A stretch of DNA of 64,000 nt from Verrucomicrobiota bacterium (GTDB lineage Bacteria; Verrucomicrobiota; Verrucomicrobiia; Limisphaerales; JBBRPK01): contig JBBRPK010000008.1 in assembly GCA_038228235.1 (NCBI GenBank), forward strand, positions 3,027 to 67,026, given 5' to 3'. Shown in pieces: positions 42,301 through 52,000 of this stretch. Each line of letters starts with the position of its first letter. The stretch's first letter is position 1. Position numbers and translations under genes: made by a program. The notes under the pieces were generated by a model. That model had not been told where the DNA came from and searched no databases. It was given only the letters and a program-made list of their open reading frames with translations.

Positions 42301-42998
42301 TTGGCGGCGCCGCCGCTGTACACGACCGTGATGAGGATGAATCCCGGAGTGTTCTCGTTCACTCGATAGGCGGTCGAAGAAAACTGGAATTGGTTTGTGG
42401 CGGGAGTAGGCGGTGGCGGAGCATTGGTCGGGGAATTCCAGCTCAGCACGTAGTTTCCAAAAGCGCCATCCCATCCATCAATCGCGATGTAGTAGTCGGT
42501 CCCCGCATTTGCTGAAAAAACGATGCGGCTTTGGAGGGCAAAAAATGGGGAAAAAATGTCATCGTCAGAGGCCAATTGGACCAAGTTGCCAAGACTGGTG
42601 CCACTATAGGCGGCCAGGACGGTGTCAAAAGAACTCCCCAGCGTATCGAAAGTGGCAAGACCGCTATTGGGAGCTGTCCACCGAAACCAGACGGAATGGC
42701 CGCCAAAGGAAAAGGGATCATGCGAGGGTTCATTCGGCTCCAGCGTCGCGCCTACCGTGCTCCCAGAGGTTGAACCCACGGATCCCGCGATAACTCGCGC
42801 ATTAGAAAAATTATCGTTAGTGGGTTGGGCCAGGACTGGCATGGCGGCTACGGAGGCTAGTAGAGCCAATAGGAGCGGGAAGATGGAGGATGGAGGATGG
42901 AGGATGGAGCATAAAGTTTGGAAGCGAAGCACGCTCCTGGCCGCAACCTGATTCCAAATATCCAACGCTTTATGACCGCGATTTCGATACTCTTGCAT
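30330..42998 (-). CDS. Giant exported Calx-beta / delta-60 repeat protein, 4222 aa (P4)
   Basis: Hydrophobic leader, NDNF...SVWFRW beta-sandwich head, about 19 Calx-beta-like units, three clusters of delta-60 repeats (LQxDGKILIGGxFT...ARLNxDGSLDxxF), then Ig-like, P-domain and DUF11 units; ends ARFYRLREP. 12.7-kb stop-free frame. Confidence 0.9.
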   Translation of the reverse strand: MQEYRNRGHKALDIWNQVAARSVLRFQTLCSILHPPSSIFPLLLALLASVAAMPVLAQPTNDNFSNARVIAGSVGSTSGSTVGATLEPNEPSHDPFSFGGHSVWFRWTAPNSGLATFDTLGSSFDTVLAAYSGTSLGNLVQLASDDDIFSPFFALQSRIVFSANAGTDYYIAIDGWDGAFGNYVLSWNSPTNAPPPPTPATNQFQFSSTAYRVNENTPGFILITVVYSGGAANPVTVDYATADGTALAGPDYIASNGTLSFDVGETNKTFTVQILDNANLTGDKTFTVNLSNPTGGATIGISNAVVTIVDDENSPIVSTAGQFEFSAVNYRVTENESFPAPFGNVGAAVNLRNIRGVLVTVNRKQGRTGRVLVDYSTSDGTALAGIDYLPVTNTLIFDDFQTSTNFVVPIVQGGFFGTNSFTNFFNSKFFNVLLFNPRPAPEEELNNPGFIVPTLGLVTNATASIVAINNLPLFDIERANYRADEFTWFGGSIFGSGTVTIEVIYPPGGPVSVGIRTPPASSVPHYLWGTPPFWSPMMAGSDYADDTTTIFPNPVYTDGSSNILNEADYVPVDTILNFGQGQTRALLTLTINNNSAVEFNEDILVEIYRLNGQPGVGPQNFSTATILCNDQPSGALDREWNPDLIASTSPPFNYTPGANNVVNAVAVQADLKTILGGDFTAYNSTPRNRVARLHVNGALDATFNPGTGADGFVSAVAVYPTYTTNAANLDKILIGGGFTSYNGEQRNGIARLNSDGSLDATFQPGVGADGPVRSLAVQNDGKILIAGEFTQFNGIDRNGVVRLNEDGSLDLNFDPGAGADGTVWSVVVRDTPQTIFSPRQASGTELQDNNAIETGANQGVITVSYDFLQVPDDIRIYYDGVRLFDLFTNGIGQINIPYGPGTGTVVTVIMNEGNGIPGTLWSYTASILPVAKDRKIFIGGDFINFDGTYRGGVARLTDHGSLDTDFDPGGGADNSVRSVAIQADGRLLIAGAFNIIDFHLRNSIARLNSDGKLDVTYDPGDGANNTIFSVSLQPDGKALIGGVFTSYNQTRRLGLARLLANGLLDTSFLDTAYNQFAGLINPFYFQPPNFVNAVVTYASFNTNITVTQVVTNNTTNIFINTTLTRQDYVLIGGSFTNLGGNFSIDINGNNSRPTPVWTRQDKRARYNVARLIGGSTPGPGNVEFAFPAYSIDNNNPLLSVTLQRLDGRLGTVKADLATSNLVAEANADFSFTKSTKVWPEWAYVAPRSVGYVGFTYFAIPIMNDTLLEGNEIFNLGLFNPEGEITLGGEFIPLGGARGHSFAPVTVVDDNVNRGVFTFSAAGYATNENATNLIVTVIRTNGNNGPVTVDYFTRDGTAQAGLRYIAKSGTLSFGTGVTNQTILIKLINDNIVEFDETFLVVLTNATGGAKIPGGTAGSTISTTATIIDDDFSAGRLNFSAPSYSTNEGAGIARIVVTRTGGNRGAISVKVAATNGTALAGVNFVAVTNTLVWASGETTPKIFNVPLIDDNLVEGLLTVNLRLFNASTNGAIGGRATAILNIQDNDAYGTVAFSQANYEGNENGTNVNITVVRSGGIAGSGSVDYLILDGTAVNGVNYSATNGTLTFLPGETSKTIAVGLIDNSLSQGNQTVILVLTNAVNVSLGTPGQSTLTIIDDESSNTPAGSLDTTFNTINGADDAIFALALQTDGELIIGGDFIAFNHATRHRLARLQANGALDSVFNAGEGPNRPVRALALQSDGKIIVGGLFTKINSTNRSAIARLNPDGTLDGSFNPGAGADNPVFAVALLPDNKVLIGGSFTTFNGVPRPNLALLNTNGSLNTFFNPGLGPNGIVYALAVQPDGKVLLGGDFLTVSNVSRPRIARLNSDGSLDLTFYPGAGINASVRTIALQPDGKILIGGSFTMVNGTNRNYFARLNADGSLDAGFMPGGSGADNTVFAAAVQEDGKILVGGDFATFNGVYRSRITRLNQNGQTDPTINFGSGANSFIAAVLIQPDRKIVIGGGFTTFNDQPEHHVARLYGGSLAGAGNLEFSSPFFTVDEPAGAAQITVRRNGGTSGDVTIDYATTGITATAGLDFSNTVGTLSFPEGEVRRTFIVPIIDDTLVEDPETVDLSLSNPTSGAALGPQPTATLTIVSDDSVISFLTPTFSVSENVIGSNAFITVVKTGSTNSSVSVDYQTLDGTATAGVDYLPVRATLTFAPGESFKNFQVPILIDPSVEGNKTVMLSLTNVTRGGSLSLAAATLTIVENDFAGGEFDFSSPVYTVNEYDTNITITVTRTNGISGIVSVSYSTIDGTATAGQDYTGAFGILSFSDGETSKSFNIPITPDHLQETNETVILTLTAPSGGATLGIINTATLTIIDNNLINGNLNFSATNYTVNESNLIATITVTRTLGSEGDVSVQYLTRDGTASAGTNYQPAFGSLSWTNGETTPKTFTVSLVNDTLVEGTTVLSLVLTNPTGGATLGPRPIATLTILDDDTGPGFLGFSSANYVVSEDATNAVITVTRNFGSTGTVSITYFTTDGTALNGVNYLGTTNVLSFGPGETNKVFTVPLIDNASIDVNKTLNLGLSNPIGASTNNQIVSALLTIVENSAPAGSIDASFNTLGANDQIYSVVIQTNNNKIFAGGDFTLFNNLVRKHIVRLLPNGGVDTTFDPTTNVNSTVQTIAVKTGGEPLIGGLFTAFGGGPLSYLAGLLVDGSAGSNFLRGVSGADNSVYALAFQSDGKVIVGGLFNSVNGSNSYFIARLDAIGQVDATFHANPGPDGGVRAIVVQNNGKILIAGDFQTINGIPRSRIARLNEDGSVDTTFDPGAGADSTVNSIALQNDGRAVIGGLFTQFNGIAVGRVARLNQDGAFDSSFNPGSGANEFVSVVALQTDGKILVGGGFTSFNGAPRNRITRLNTDGSIDTTINFGNGANNYISAIAIQQDRKIVIGGAFTAFDGAPRNYIARLNGGENVGSGSFVFSSPNYTVPENGTKISITVLRAIGSSNVVSVDFSTSDGTAIAGTHYAQTNGTLTFQPGETLKTFTVTVFDDSATNVDRTVHLTLSNPKNLSNPFQNPPIVGTPGVATLSILDNDSVLGFAVSSYSVSENAGNAIIAVQRLGGSLGTATVNYATSDGTAINGIKYISVNGTLIFTNGQTLRTFSVPIINETNVEGNQTVNLTLSQPAGTAVLGLAAATLTIVDDDFSPGSLGFTSPNFTVSEQGASALITVSRAPGSSGSASVQFTTSDLTAQAGLDYGSTNGILVFASGEITKSFSVPIFDDFVLEGPQTVLLTLSNPTGAILGPGQAAAILNILEDTSFFNFSSAFYSASESATNVIITVVRSGGGGRPVSVDFTTSNLTAIAGVNYVATNGTLLFTAGQSSASFAVPLINDNIGQPDTSLLLILSNPVGEAALGATNQATLTIIDDDVSFNFSAPAYSVSEKAGAIVIPVLRTGITNGVVSVNYATSDGTAQAGIKYVFTSGTLVFADGQTSNSFSVPIIDENMGEGNQTVNLSLLNPTNGTSLGLQSTAVLTIIDDEDTLSFSATNYFVLENQTNVIITVIRGGQPGTNVVTVAYSATNGTAVAGTNYTPVTGRLFFSVFDTVQFFSIPILNDPRAQGDKVVSLNLFDVTGGATLIAPTNATLTILDKDASLSFSSPAYTVSEGGTNAIITVNRIGNTINTFSVGYASSDGTARAGVNYRPVSGVLIFPPGVSSQTILVPLIDDLVIEGNVTVNLALFNPSPTNFVTLGAPNTAVLTIVDNDSSTIVAAGSAFIFESIPNGNLDPNEDVTINFGLRNIGNIDTINLRATLLASGGVSNPSGPQFFGAVLGGGATVSRPFSFKALGANGGTVVVSLQLRDVGKGLDLGVVTFNFTLGRSRFTFVNNAAITINDFAPATPYPSSIVVSNVPGILTNVTMSLYNLSHTYPPDIDMLLSGPQSKSVIVMSDVGGFNNPISSVNLTFDDAAASRLTATDVIVSGTYQPSPVGPDSFNPPAPAPPYVRRLADLANGASPNGVWSLFVVDDQAQDVGFIAGGWSLTLETTSSGAAAADLSVSIVSTPNPTIVNQILRYTVAVTNNGPATATGVFLTNVLPASITFISCSGNCAVNGQVVTCNVGTLASGAGTAAIISVRTTASGSILDTATVTGDQLDLNPNNNFASMKTTVLPLPSLVVARKDNKLVMSWPAAVTNYNFQIEATDTFSPPNWVPVTDFQSLNGSQLNLTIDPTNRARFYRLREP
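42883..42909. repeat. Heptamer tandem repeat (ATGGAGG x3.9) in the P4 leader region
   Basis: ATGGAGG ATGGAGG ATGGAGG ATGGAG read directly; encodes SILHPPSSI on the coding strand. Confidence 0.85.
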
Positions 42999-43060
42999 AT
43001 TAACTTTTACTTAGGTGCTGCTCTGTTGTTCATCATCAATCATCATCCTGCGCTGCCACA

Positions 43061-46000
43061 TCAGGGGACCACCTGCCGAACACGATAAAACCTCTGGCCG
43101 AACGGGGGCGCATTGGTGTCGGTGAAGCTGATTGAGCTCCCCAGGGCCATGTTGGTCCGCAAAGGAATCCAGGCGCCATTCCCCAAGGTGGTACTCGCCT
43201 CCAAGGCATAGCGGCAACCAGCCTGGCTGCTGGAGAATAAACTAAATTGTCCGCCCTGATACCCCATCCACGTCCGGGTCCGTAGGGCTGGCTTGTCGCC
43301 ATTCAGCCGGGCGATGCCGCGGCGAGGCGCGCCGCTGACGAGGGTGAAGCCACCCCCAATCATAATCTTCCCATCGCAGGCAAGGGCAATCGAATAAACC
43401 GTCCCATTGGCGCCGGTGCCGGGGTCGAAGGAAGTATCGAGCGAGCCATCCGCATTGAGCCGGGCAATATGATTCCGGTTAGTGCCATTCACGCGAGTAA
43501 AATCACCACCTAAAAGAATCTTCCCGTCTGTCTGCAGGGCCAGGCCATAAACGGAAGCATTGGCTCCGATTTTGGCGGCAAAATTTGTGTCGAGAGAACC
43601 GTCCGTATTCAGCCGGGCGATATTAGTTCGATGCAAACCTCCAATATTGGTAAAGCTGCCTCCGATCAGAACTTTGCCATCCAGTTGCACTTCGACGGCA
43701 AAGACGGTGCCGTTCAAGTCCGGAGGCATGAAACTATCGTCGAGCGTGCCGTCCGCCTGGAGTAGAACCACATGACTGCGGCTGACCTCATCCACAGTTG
43801 TAAACTCTCCCCCTACAATCAGTTTGCCATTGGCGTGCGCCGCTAAAGAATGCACCGCGCCATTTAAGCCTGCCCCGGCGAAGAAGGTCACATCACTCGA
43901 ACCATCGGCCCGCAAACGGGTAACTCCCGGGATGGGCAAACTGAAACCGCCTCCCACGATGACCTTCTCATTGCTGCGCGGCAGCACTGAAAAAACGGCC
44001 GCATTCAATGCGTTGGGTTGATTGAAGAAGGGATCCAGTCCGCCGTTGGGTAAAAATTGGGCAACGTGGTTGCGATTCAGTCCGTTAACTGAGCTGAACA
44101 CCCCTCCAACGATGACTTTGCCGGATTCATTCACGCCGACAGAGGAGACAAATCCATTGGGTCCGGCCAAAGGATTAAAAGTCAGATCCACTGTCCCATT
44201 CGTTGCCAGACGCGCCACAAAGCTCCTGGTGAGTCCGTTGACATTGGTAAAGGCACCCCCGATTATAATCTTCCCATCCGGCTGAGTCGCCACCGAATGG
44301 ACCAGATTATCCGGCCCTGCGCCCGGATCGAAAGCCGAATCCAAGCTGCCTGGACCAACCTCATTGTCGATGATAAGAACCGATACTGAGGATGGTCCCG
44401 TGATGACGGCGCCGCCGGTAGGATTAGAAATTGTCACCCGGAAACTGTCCGCTCCCTCGACTAAATGGTCGTCGAGAATGGGAATAAGGATCGTTTGGTT
44501 GGTTTGCCCCTGCGCAAACGTGATGATGCCACTCCGAGGGGTATAATCCAAGCCTGGAATGGCGGTGCCGCCGCCCGTCGCAAATCGGACGGAGACGATT
44601 CCCAGGCTGCCGCCATTGCGCAGAAGAGTAATGGCGGCATTGGAGGCATTCTCCAACACGCTGTAGGCGGGAGCACTGAAAGAAATGGCCCCAGGGCCGA
44701 AATCATCATCCACGATGGTCAAAGTGGCCGTCGGGGAATCGATGAAGGTGGCGGTGTTAGGATTGCTCACGGCATTGCTCAGCACCAGAAATACAGTTTG
44801 GTTGCCCTCAGAATTGGTTTCGTTAATGATGCGAACCGTGGCAATTTTCAAAACCTCTCCCGGACGAAAGATCACGGTGCTGTTAGTGGGGATGTATTTC
44901 AGGTAGGGCGCGGCCGTGCCGCCGAGGATCGTGCTAAAACTGGCTGACACGGTATTGTTGGTGGCGAAACTCCGTCGGAAGGTGATGGTGGCGTTGCGGC
45001 TGCCGTCATTTTCATTGACGCTGAAAGCCTCGGAGGTAAAGCCAATGGCGCTCTCGTCATTCCGAATGAGCAACGTGGCAATAGGTTGCGGTCCGATGGC
45101 GGCGCCGCCGGTAAAGCCGCTCAGGGTCAGGTTCAGGAAGCGATCGTCGTTCGTGACCGAGTTATCAATAATGGGAACGACGAAGCTTTGGATTGTTTCA
45201 CCGGTGGGAAAACTCAAGGTGCCACTCGCGGCCACATAATCCTGGCCGTTTAGGGCGGTGCCGTCGCTGGTGGCAAAATCCACGCCCACCAAACCGGTCG
45301 TGCCACCCAGACGCCGCACATTGATAATTGCATTGGTCCCGCTTTCGCTCACCTCGAACTCGCCACGGGTGAAGCTCAGACTCCCTTGTCCGGCAATCGA
45401 GCCGCCATAAATGCGCGCGATGTGGTTATGTGTTTGTTCGTCGTATTTGGTGAATCCGCCACCAATGACGAGCTTGCGGTCGGGCTGGATAACCAAGGCG
45501 CTAACGAAGGCATCGGCGCCGGCGCCGAAATTGATGGTGCCATCCGTCGTGCCATCGGGAAGCAGACGTGTGAGGCGGCCGCGGGTGACCCCGTTGAAAT
45601 GGGCGAAGTCCCCCGCCACGATTAATTTGCCATCAACCTGGGCGGCCACCGAATAAACAATGTTGTCGGCGCCGGCCAGCCCCTGCATGAATTGAGTGTC
45701 TAAACTGCCATCCTGATTCAGGCGCGCCAGGTAGTTTTGGCTAACGCCATTGACCGCAGTAAAGGAGCCTCCCACCACAAATTTGCCGTCCGGCTGGACA
45801 AGAATGGTCTTCACCCCTGCGTCCATGCCTGCTCCGAGATTGTTGAAGGCAGGGTCCACCGAACCATTCGGGTTCAATCGGGCGAGGTGATTGAAGGGCA
45901 ACCCGTTGATTTGTGTAAATTCTCCACCGATGAGTATTTTACCATCGCTTTGGAGGGCAATGGCATAGACGACGTCGTTAGCGCCGGAACCGGCGTTGAA

Positions 46001-49000
46001 GCTTAAGTCCACAGAACCATTGGTGTTCAACCGCACGATGCCGGGATGGGTGGCGCTGTTAAATTTACTGAAGGCGCCGCCCACCAGGATTTTATCATCA
46101 GGTTGGAGAAGCAGAGCAAACACTGGATTGTCCGCACCCGACCCGGGATTGAAGGAGGCGTCCAGGGAGCCATCCACCGCCAAGCGAGCGATGAAGTTGC
46201 GATTGGTATTGGCAACCTGCGTAAAAAACCCGCCAATCATCAGCCGGCCATCGCTCTGCACAGCGGTGGTACGAATCGAGCCGTTGGCCGCGCTTCCTGG
46301 ATCGAAAGTCGGATCCAACAGTCCATTTCCGAGCAAGCGCGCCAGACGATTTCGAACCACGTGATTGATCGTGGTAAAGTCTCCCGCTATCACTAAACGG
46401 CCGTCCGTCAGACTATTGGTCTTTTGCAGGCTAATGGAATAGACCGGGCCATCCACCAACGGATCGCGGAAGGTGACATCCGCCGTTCCGGCTGGCTCAT
46501 TGAAAGACTCATTGTCGATAATCGTGAGGGTAACCCGGTTAGGCACGCCGAGGGACACGTTGCTGGGATTACTCAAACTCAAATCAACGGTCTTGTTCCC
46601 GTCGGCAATCGTGTCGTCCGGGATCACGAGGTCAATAGACTTGCTGATTTCCCCGGGCTGGAAGGTCACAACTCCGTTAGTGGCCACGAAATCCAAGCCG
46701 GGAACAGCAGTGTTAGGCGTGGCTGCGAAATTCACCGAGCCGACCCCGGCAATTCCTCCCCGACGCACTATAGTAATGGTGATGAAGCCGGCGTTTTCAT
46801 CAGCCTGATAGAATGGCTGGCTAAATGAGATAGCGCCGTAAGAATCAGAATCTTGAATAATCAGGGTCGCGTTGGTTCGGGCGCCGAGCAAGCCCGGGTT
46901 GGAAACGCCCCCGACCCTGGGAGCCAACAGCCTTAAGTTGACGGTTTCCGGCCCTTCCACGATTCCGTCTTGCACGAGCGGGACCCGGAATGTTTTGGGA
47001 ACGCTGTTGCCGTCATTCCAACTAAGGACTCCGCTAGTGCTGGCGTAATCGGAAGGAGTTATGGCCGTGCCATCAGAGGTTTGGAATTGCACTGACACCA
47101 GGCCGACACTGCCACCGGAACGGGTGACAGTAATCGTTGCAAAACCATCGCTTTCGCTATTCGTATCATAGACGGGGGCGCTGAAGTTGATTCGACCCGG
47201 AGGAAAGTCGTTGTCCACAATCGTCAGTGTTGCGGTCGCTATCGAGTTCGGCGCCCCCCCCGGTAACTTAGCCCCCCCGGTGGCATTCGTTAGGACCAGC
47301 CCAATGTTCTCGTCAAACTCCACCGCGGTGTCGTCGATGATGGGGACAGTAAATGACCGGGTGGTTTGGCCCGAAAGGAAGGTAAGTTTTCCACGAACGG
47401 GAGTGTAGTCCACCCCGGCAGTCGCGATAGGAGAAGTGGAGGAATCGCGGGTCAGATAATCGACCGAGACCTGTCCCACCGAACCATTGGTGCGGGTGAC
47501 CGTGATTATGGCTTGGCCAGCATTTTCATTGGTGGCGTATTGCAAAGCGCTGAAGTTAAAGATGCCGTGGTTCACATCGCTGTCGGCAATCGTCAAGGTG
47601 GCGAAGGATCGGCCTCCATACGCTCCGCCCAGCGGAATCATTTCCCCTCCCAGAGTAAGGCTGCCACCGGGCTTGGTAAACCTCAGATCCACCGTTTTGT
47701 CACCGGCCTGCTGATGGTCATTGAGGATGGGCAACTGAATATATTGTGGGGAAATCAGCCCGACGCTTTCGGGAGCGAAATTGGTGGGAAAACCCGAGAA
47801 CAAATTGGTCATGTAAAAAGCCTCTGGCCAAACGGCTGGCACATTGTTGGAGCGATAATCCAAACCAGCGGTGGCCAGGTGGTTGCTGGGAGAAAAGACG
47901 GCGCTCAACGTCCCCAAACGACCATCGATCCGATCTACTTTAATGAACGCGGTCCCGGCGTTTTCATCGACGAAATAGTTCGAGGTATCGAAGATGGCAT
48001 TTCCAGGACCGGGAGTCGCGCCTCCCAGCAGGCGGGCGATGTTGTTGCGGGTGCGTTTATCGGCCCGCGTAAAGACGGTATGGCTGTTAGGCGTTGGAGC
48101 ATTGGTGGAGGCGTTGCCTCCCACCGTAGTGAAGGAGCCTCCAATAATTACCCCTCCATCCGCTTGCAAGGCGATGGAATTGACGAAATTCGGAGGCTGG
48201 AAGCTGAAATCATTAACTAAGCCGGCGAATTGGTTATAGGCGGTATCCAGGAACGTGGTGTCAAGCGAACCATCACCGCGCAACCGCGCCAAACCAATCC
48301 GGCGAGTGTCATTGTAACTCGTGAAAGGTCCGCCGATCAGCGACTTGCCGTCCGGCTGCAAGGTCAATGAAAAGACCGCGCCATTGGGACCCGTGCCCGG
48401 GTCAAAGCTGAGGTCCAAGGCGCCATCCGGGGAAAGCCGAGCCATGCGCGCGCGAGGAAAAGCGTCGAGTTTGGTGAAGTCCCCCGCGATCAAGACACCT
48501 CGATCGGGCTGGACCGCCACCGTATAGACAACTCCATCCGCGCCGGCCCCGGGATCAAACGTCAAGTCCGCCGAGCCATCTCCATTAAGCCTCGCGATTC
48601 CGCCGCGGAAAAAGCCGGTCAAGTTGAGGAAATCTCCGGCCACTAAGATCTTTTCTCCGCCGAAACCATCCGGTTGCAAGGCCAGGGCGAAGACGATTCC
48701 ATCCACGCCATCGCCAGCATCGAAGAGCAGATCGACAGATCCATCAGGGTTGAGCCGAGCGAAACCGGAGCGAGCCATATCGTTAAAGAACGTAAAATCG
48801 CCGGCAACTACTATGCCTCCGTCAGCCTGCAAGACCATCGCTCGCACGGAACCATTGGCCCCATTGCCCGGGTTGAAAGTGGGATCGAGTGAGCCATCTG
48901 GAAGCAACCGAGCGATGCCGTTCCGCGGCACGCCGTTATAGGAGGTAAATCCACCGGCGATTAAGATTTTGCCCGCATTCGTGCTGCTCGCGGGATAGAT

Positions 49001-52000
49001 CACAATCGAGGAGACAAACGCATCTGCGCCGCTCCCGGCTCGGAAGGTCGTGTCCACCGAACCATCCACGTTCATCCGCCCGATATGGCTGTAGAACTGG
49101 CTGTTAATGTGGCCGAAATCTCCGCCGAGCACCGTCTTGCCATCGTCCTGAACGGCCACGGCGCTGACGACGCCATCCGCGCCGGGGAGGGTATTGAACG
49201 CTGGGAAAGTATGGCTGGCATTGTCGGGATTCCACTCTCTATCCAATGCCCCGGCAGGGGGATCGTCGTACAAAATGGTGACGGTCGTGAAAGGGTTCAG
49301 CCCTACAAAATTCGGACTGGCTGGAGGAATGAGGCTGATGAGAAAGTCTTCATTGAATTCCACCGTATTATCGTTGGTGATGACGACCGTGACGGTGGTG
49401 CGGCATTGACCCTGCCCGAAAGAGGCATTGACCCGCGTGGGCAAATAATCGGAGTAATTGGTGATCGTAGTGAGAGCGGGATCCGTAAAAATTGAATTGG
49501 GCCAAACCTGATTTTGGCTAAAGGGCACCGCTGGATTCTGTAGCTCGAAGGCCTCTGCCTGGTCTGACCCGGCATTGAGGGTCACCTTCACACTCGGATC
49601 GGGATTACGGTTTGATAACGGATACGGCGCGACATTGTAAACGTAATTCCCTCCCAGGCTGCTGACCTCGACCCCGATGTTCCCGGGTCCGCCATTGGGG
49701 AAGAGGGTTATGTCAATATCAAGCGTCTTGAGACCGCCATTGGTGCCGGCGGTCGAATATTCGTCGGTTCGATAATTGACTCGCTCGATATTGAACCAGC
49801 TTGAAAGCATGGTGGCAGTGGGGCTTGCCAGGAATCCGAAATTGATGGGTAGAATCACCAGGCCCGATTCGCTTCCGTTGCCCAGCTTGGGGTGAAGCAA
49901 GCCAGGGTTTTGGGCTTCTTCCTCGGGCGCGGGGCGGGGATTGCTCAATACCACTCGAACCCAAACCGGGGGAATAATCCCGGAAAACGAACTAAAGAAT
50001 GAGAGGGAGGAGGATGCCACCGGCACGATAAAGTTCGCGCTCATTTGATAATCGTCAAAAACCAAAGTGCCATTGGTAGGGTAATAATCCTGCGAGGGAA
50101 TGGCGCTGCCGCTAGGCTCGGTGGAAAAATCCACCAGCACTTTCCCGGTGCTGCCGTTAGTTCGCACCACCGTAATGATGGCGCCCAATGCGTTCCGATT
50201 CGGCAATACCACCGAGGCGGTCGTGAAACCGCAGAAGGGGCTGGGAATCGTTTCATTCTCCGTAACGATGTAAGGGATGCCGTAGTTCAAGTAGGTGCTG
50301 AAAACAAACTCTCCGGCGATGTTGGGCTGGTTCAAGGTTTCATCGTCGATAATGGTCACGACGGCATTGCTCAAGCAGCCCAGAATCGCGCCCCCCAGCG
50401 GGTTGGATAGAGTCAGGTTGATGGTCTTGTTGGGATTCGGGACGGCGTTATCGTAAATGCGGAACGAGAAATTCGTGGAAGTCTGGCCTGCTCCAAATAC
50501 CAAAGTGCCCTGAGCCGGCTCGTAGTCGGTTCCGGCCAAGGCTGTGCCATCGCTCGTTGAGTAATCTACCGAGCCTGGGTTCCCACCGGTGTTGCCCACC
50601 GTGACGGTCACAAAACCGGGCGTCGCTTCATTCACGGTGTAAGCGCTGGCAGAGAACGAAATTTGGTTTGCATTCGCGCCCACTACATCGATGCGTCCCC
50701 ACCATGTGGCCCATCGCCCCGTATCTGTGAAAAAATTGGTTCCAAAAACATTGGTTGCCGGCCGCGCGGCGTATTCCTGCAAGGTCCACATGTCGATGTC
50801 GTTTACCGGATCCACCACCGTGCTGCTATAATCGCCCCATCGATTATCGAACGTGCCAAAGGTTTTGAAGTAAGGGCCTTCCCCTGCCTTCAACAGCACT
50901 TCCGATTGCAGGGTGTTGGTAACATCCGTGCCGAGGCGAAACGAATAGTAGGCGCTGGCATATTGGAAAGGGGAAAACTTGTTATACCCAAGCATCACGT
51001 CACTGCACCGATTGACCGCGATGCTGGGATAGCCATAAAAAGCCGCGCCGGCGGGATCTTCAAGCCGCCCGTGCTGTTGAACATCTCCCTCCGGACTTAA
51101 TTGCCACCACTGGACGGCGGAGTGGTAAGGCACAGTCGAGGTGAATAAGTCAACTGGCTCGAAAATTGTATGAGTGGTCCAGAGAGACCCGTTGCGATAA
51201 ACGACATTCTGGATGCGCGTATCGTCCACATCAATCCCAAAGAAATTCCCGAGTTGGGGTCCGGAGCCGGTAAAGTTAAAAAATATGTCGCTCGGCAACC
51301 AGGCATTGGTTAATGGCGTAAAGGCGTGAGCCAAATCCAGCACCTCCGACCCGACCGGCCCGGTGATGGCGCTGATTTGCAGCCGGCTAACAGCGGTCGG
51401 AAGCCCTCCTGTGAAGAGGGGTGTCAGAAGGGCACCTATCAGGTCGTCCACTTGGACCAGATACATGGTTGAGAGCTCGTTATCATATGTGACAGCAGGA
51501 ACCATGGTAAAGCCTTTGAGGCTGGTATCCTGGAAAAGGGTGAATGCGCCGTCTCCCTTCGCATACAGGTTGGTCTTGCTAAAGACATACATGTTCGCGC
51601 CAAAATAGGGGTGAATGAACTGGTCGAGCAGGCCAATGGCGAACATATTCACGGTCACCACAATCCAGTCCTTGTTGAACCCCACCGTATCGTAATCCGC
51701 CCAGGCCAAGTTGCCCGGATCGGCATCGACGCGGTAAAGATTCCAATTACCCAGAGGATCGCTGCTTTGCGAAACGCCCAGAAGCACTGAAGATTGATCG
51801 GTGAAGCTGCCGCTGGCCGCCGAAAAAATCCACCGGTCGTTAAACGGATCGTAAACGACGTGCGGATCAAAAACCCCTGGCCCAGTCACAGCCAGCCAGA
51901 AAGAGTCGAGCGTGACGGTCGATAAAATGTTTCCAGTTCGATCCTGAACCCGCACGTTGTTGTTGTGGACGCTCATGACATGGTTGGGTCCCACTGCGCC

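Noticed and set aside
43017-43050. CATCATCAATCATCATC trinucleotide-like run and a 68-aa ORF between P3 and P4
   Set aside because: Short low-complexity spacer; the ORF overlaps P3 in another frame and has no motifs.
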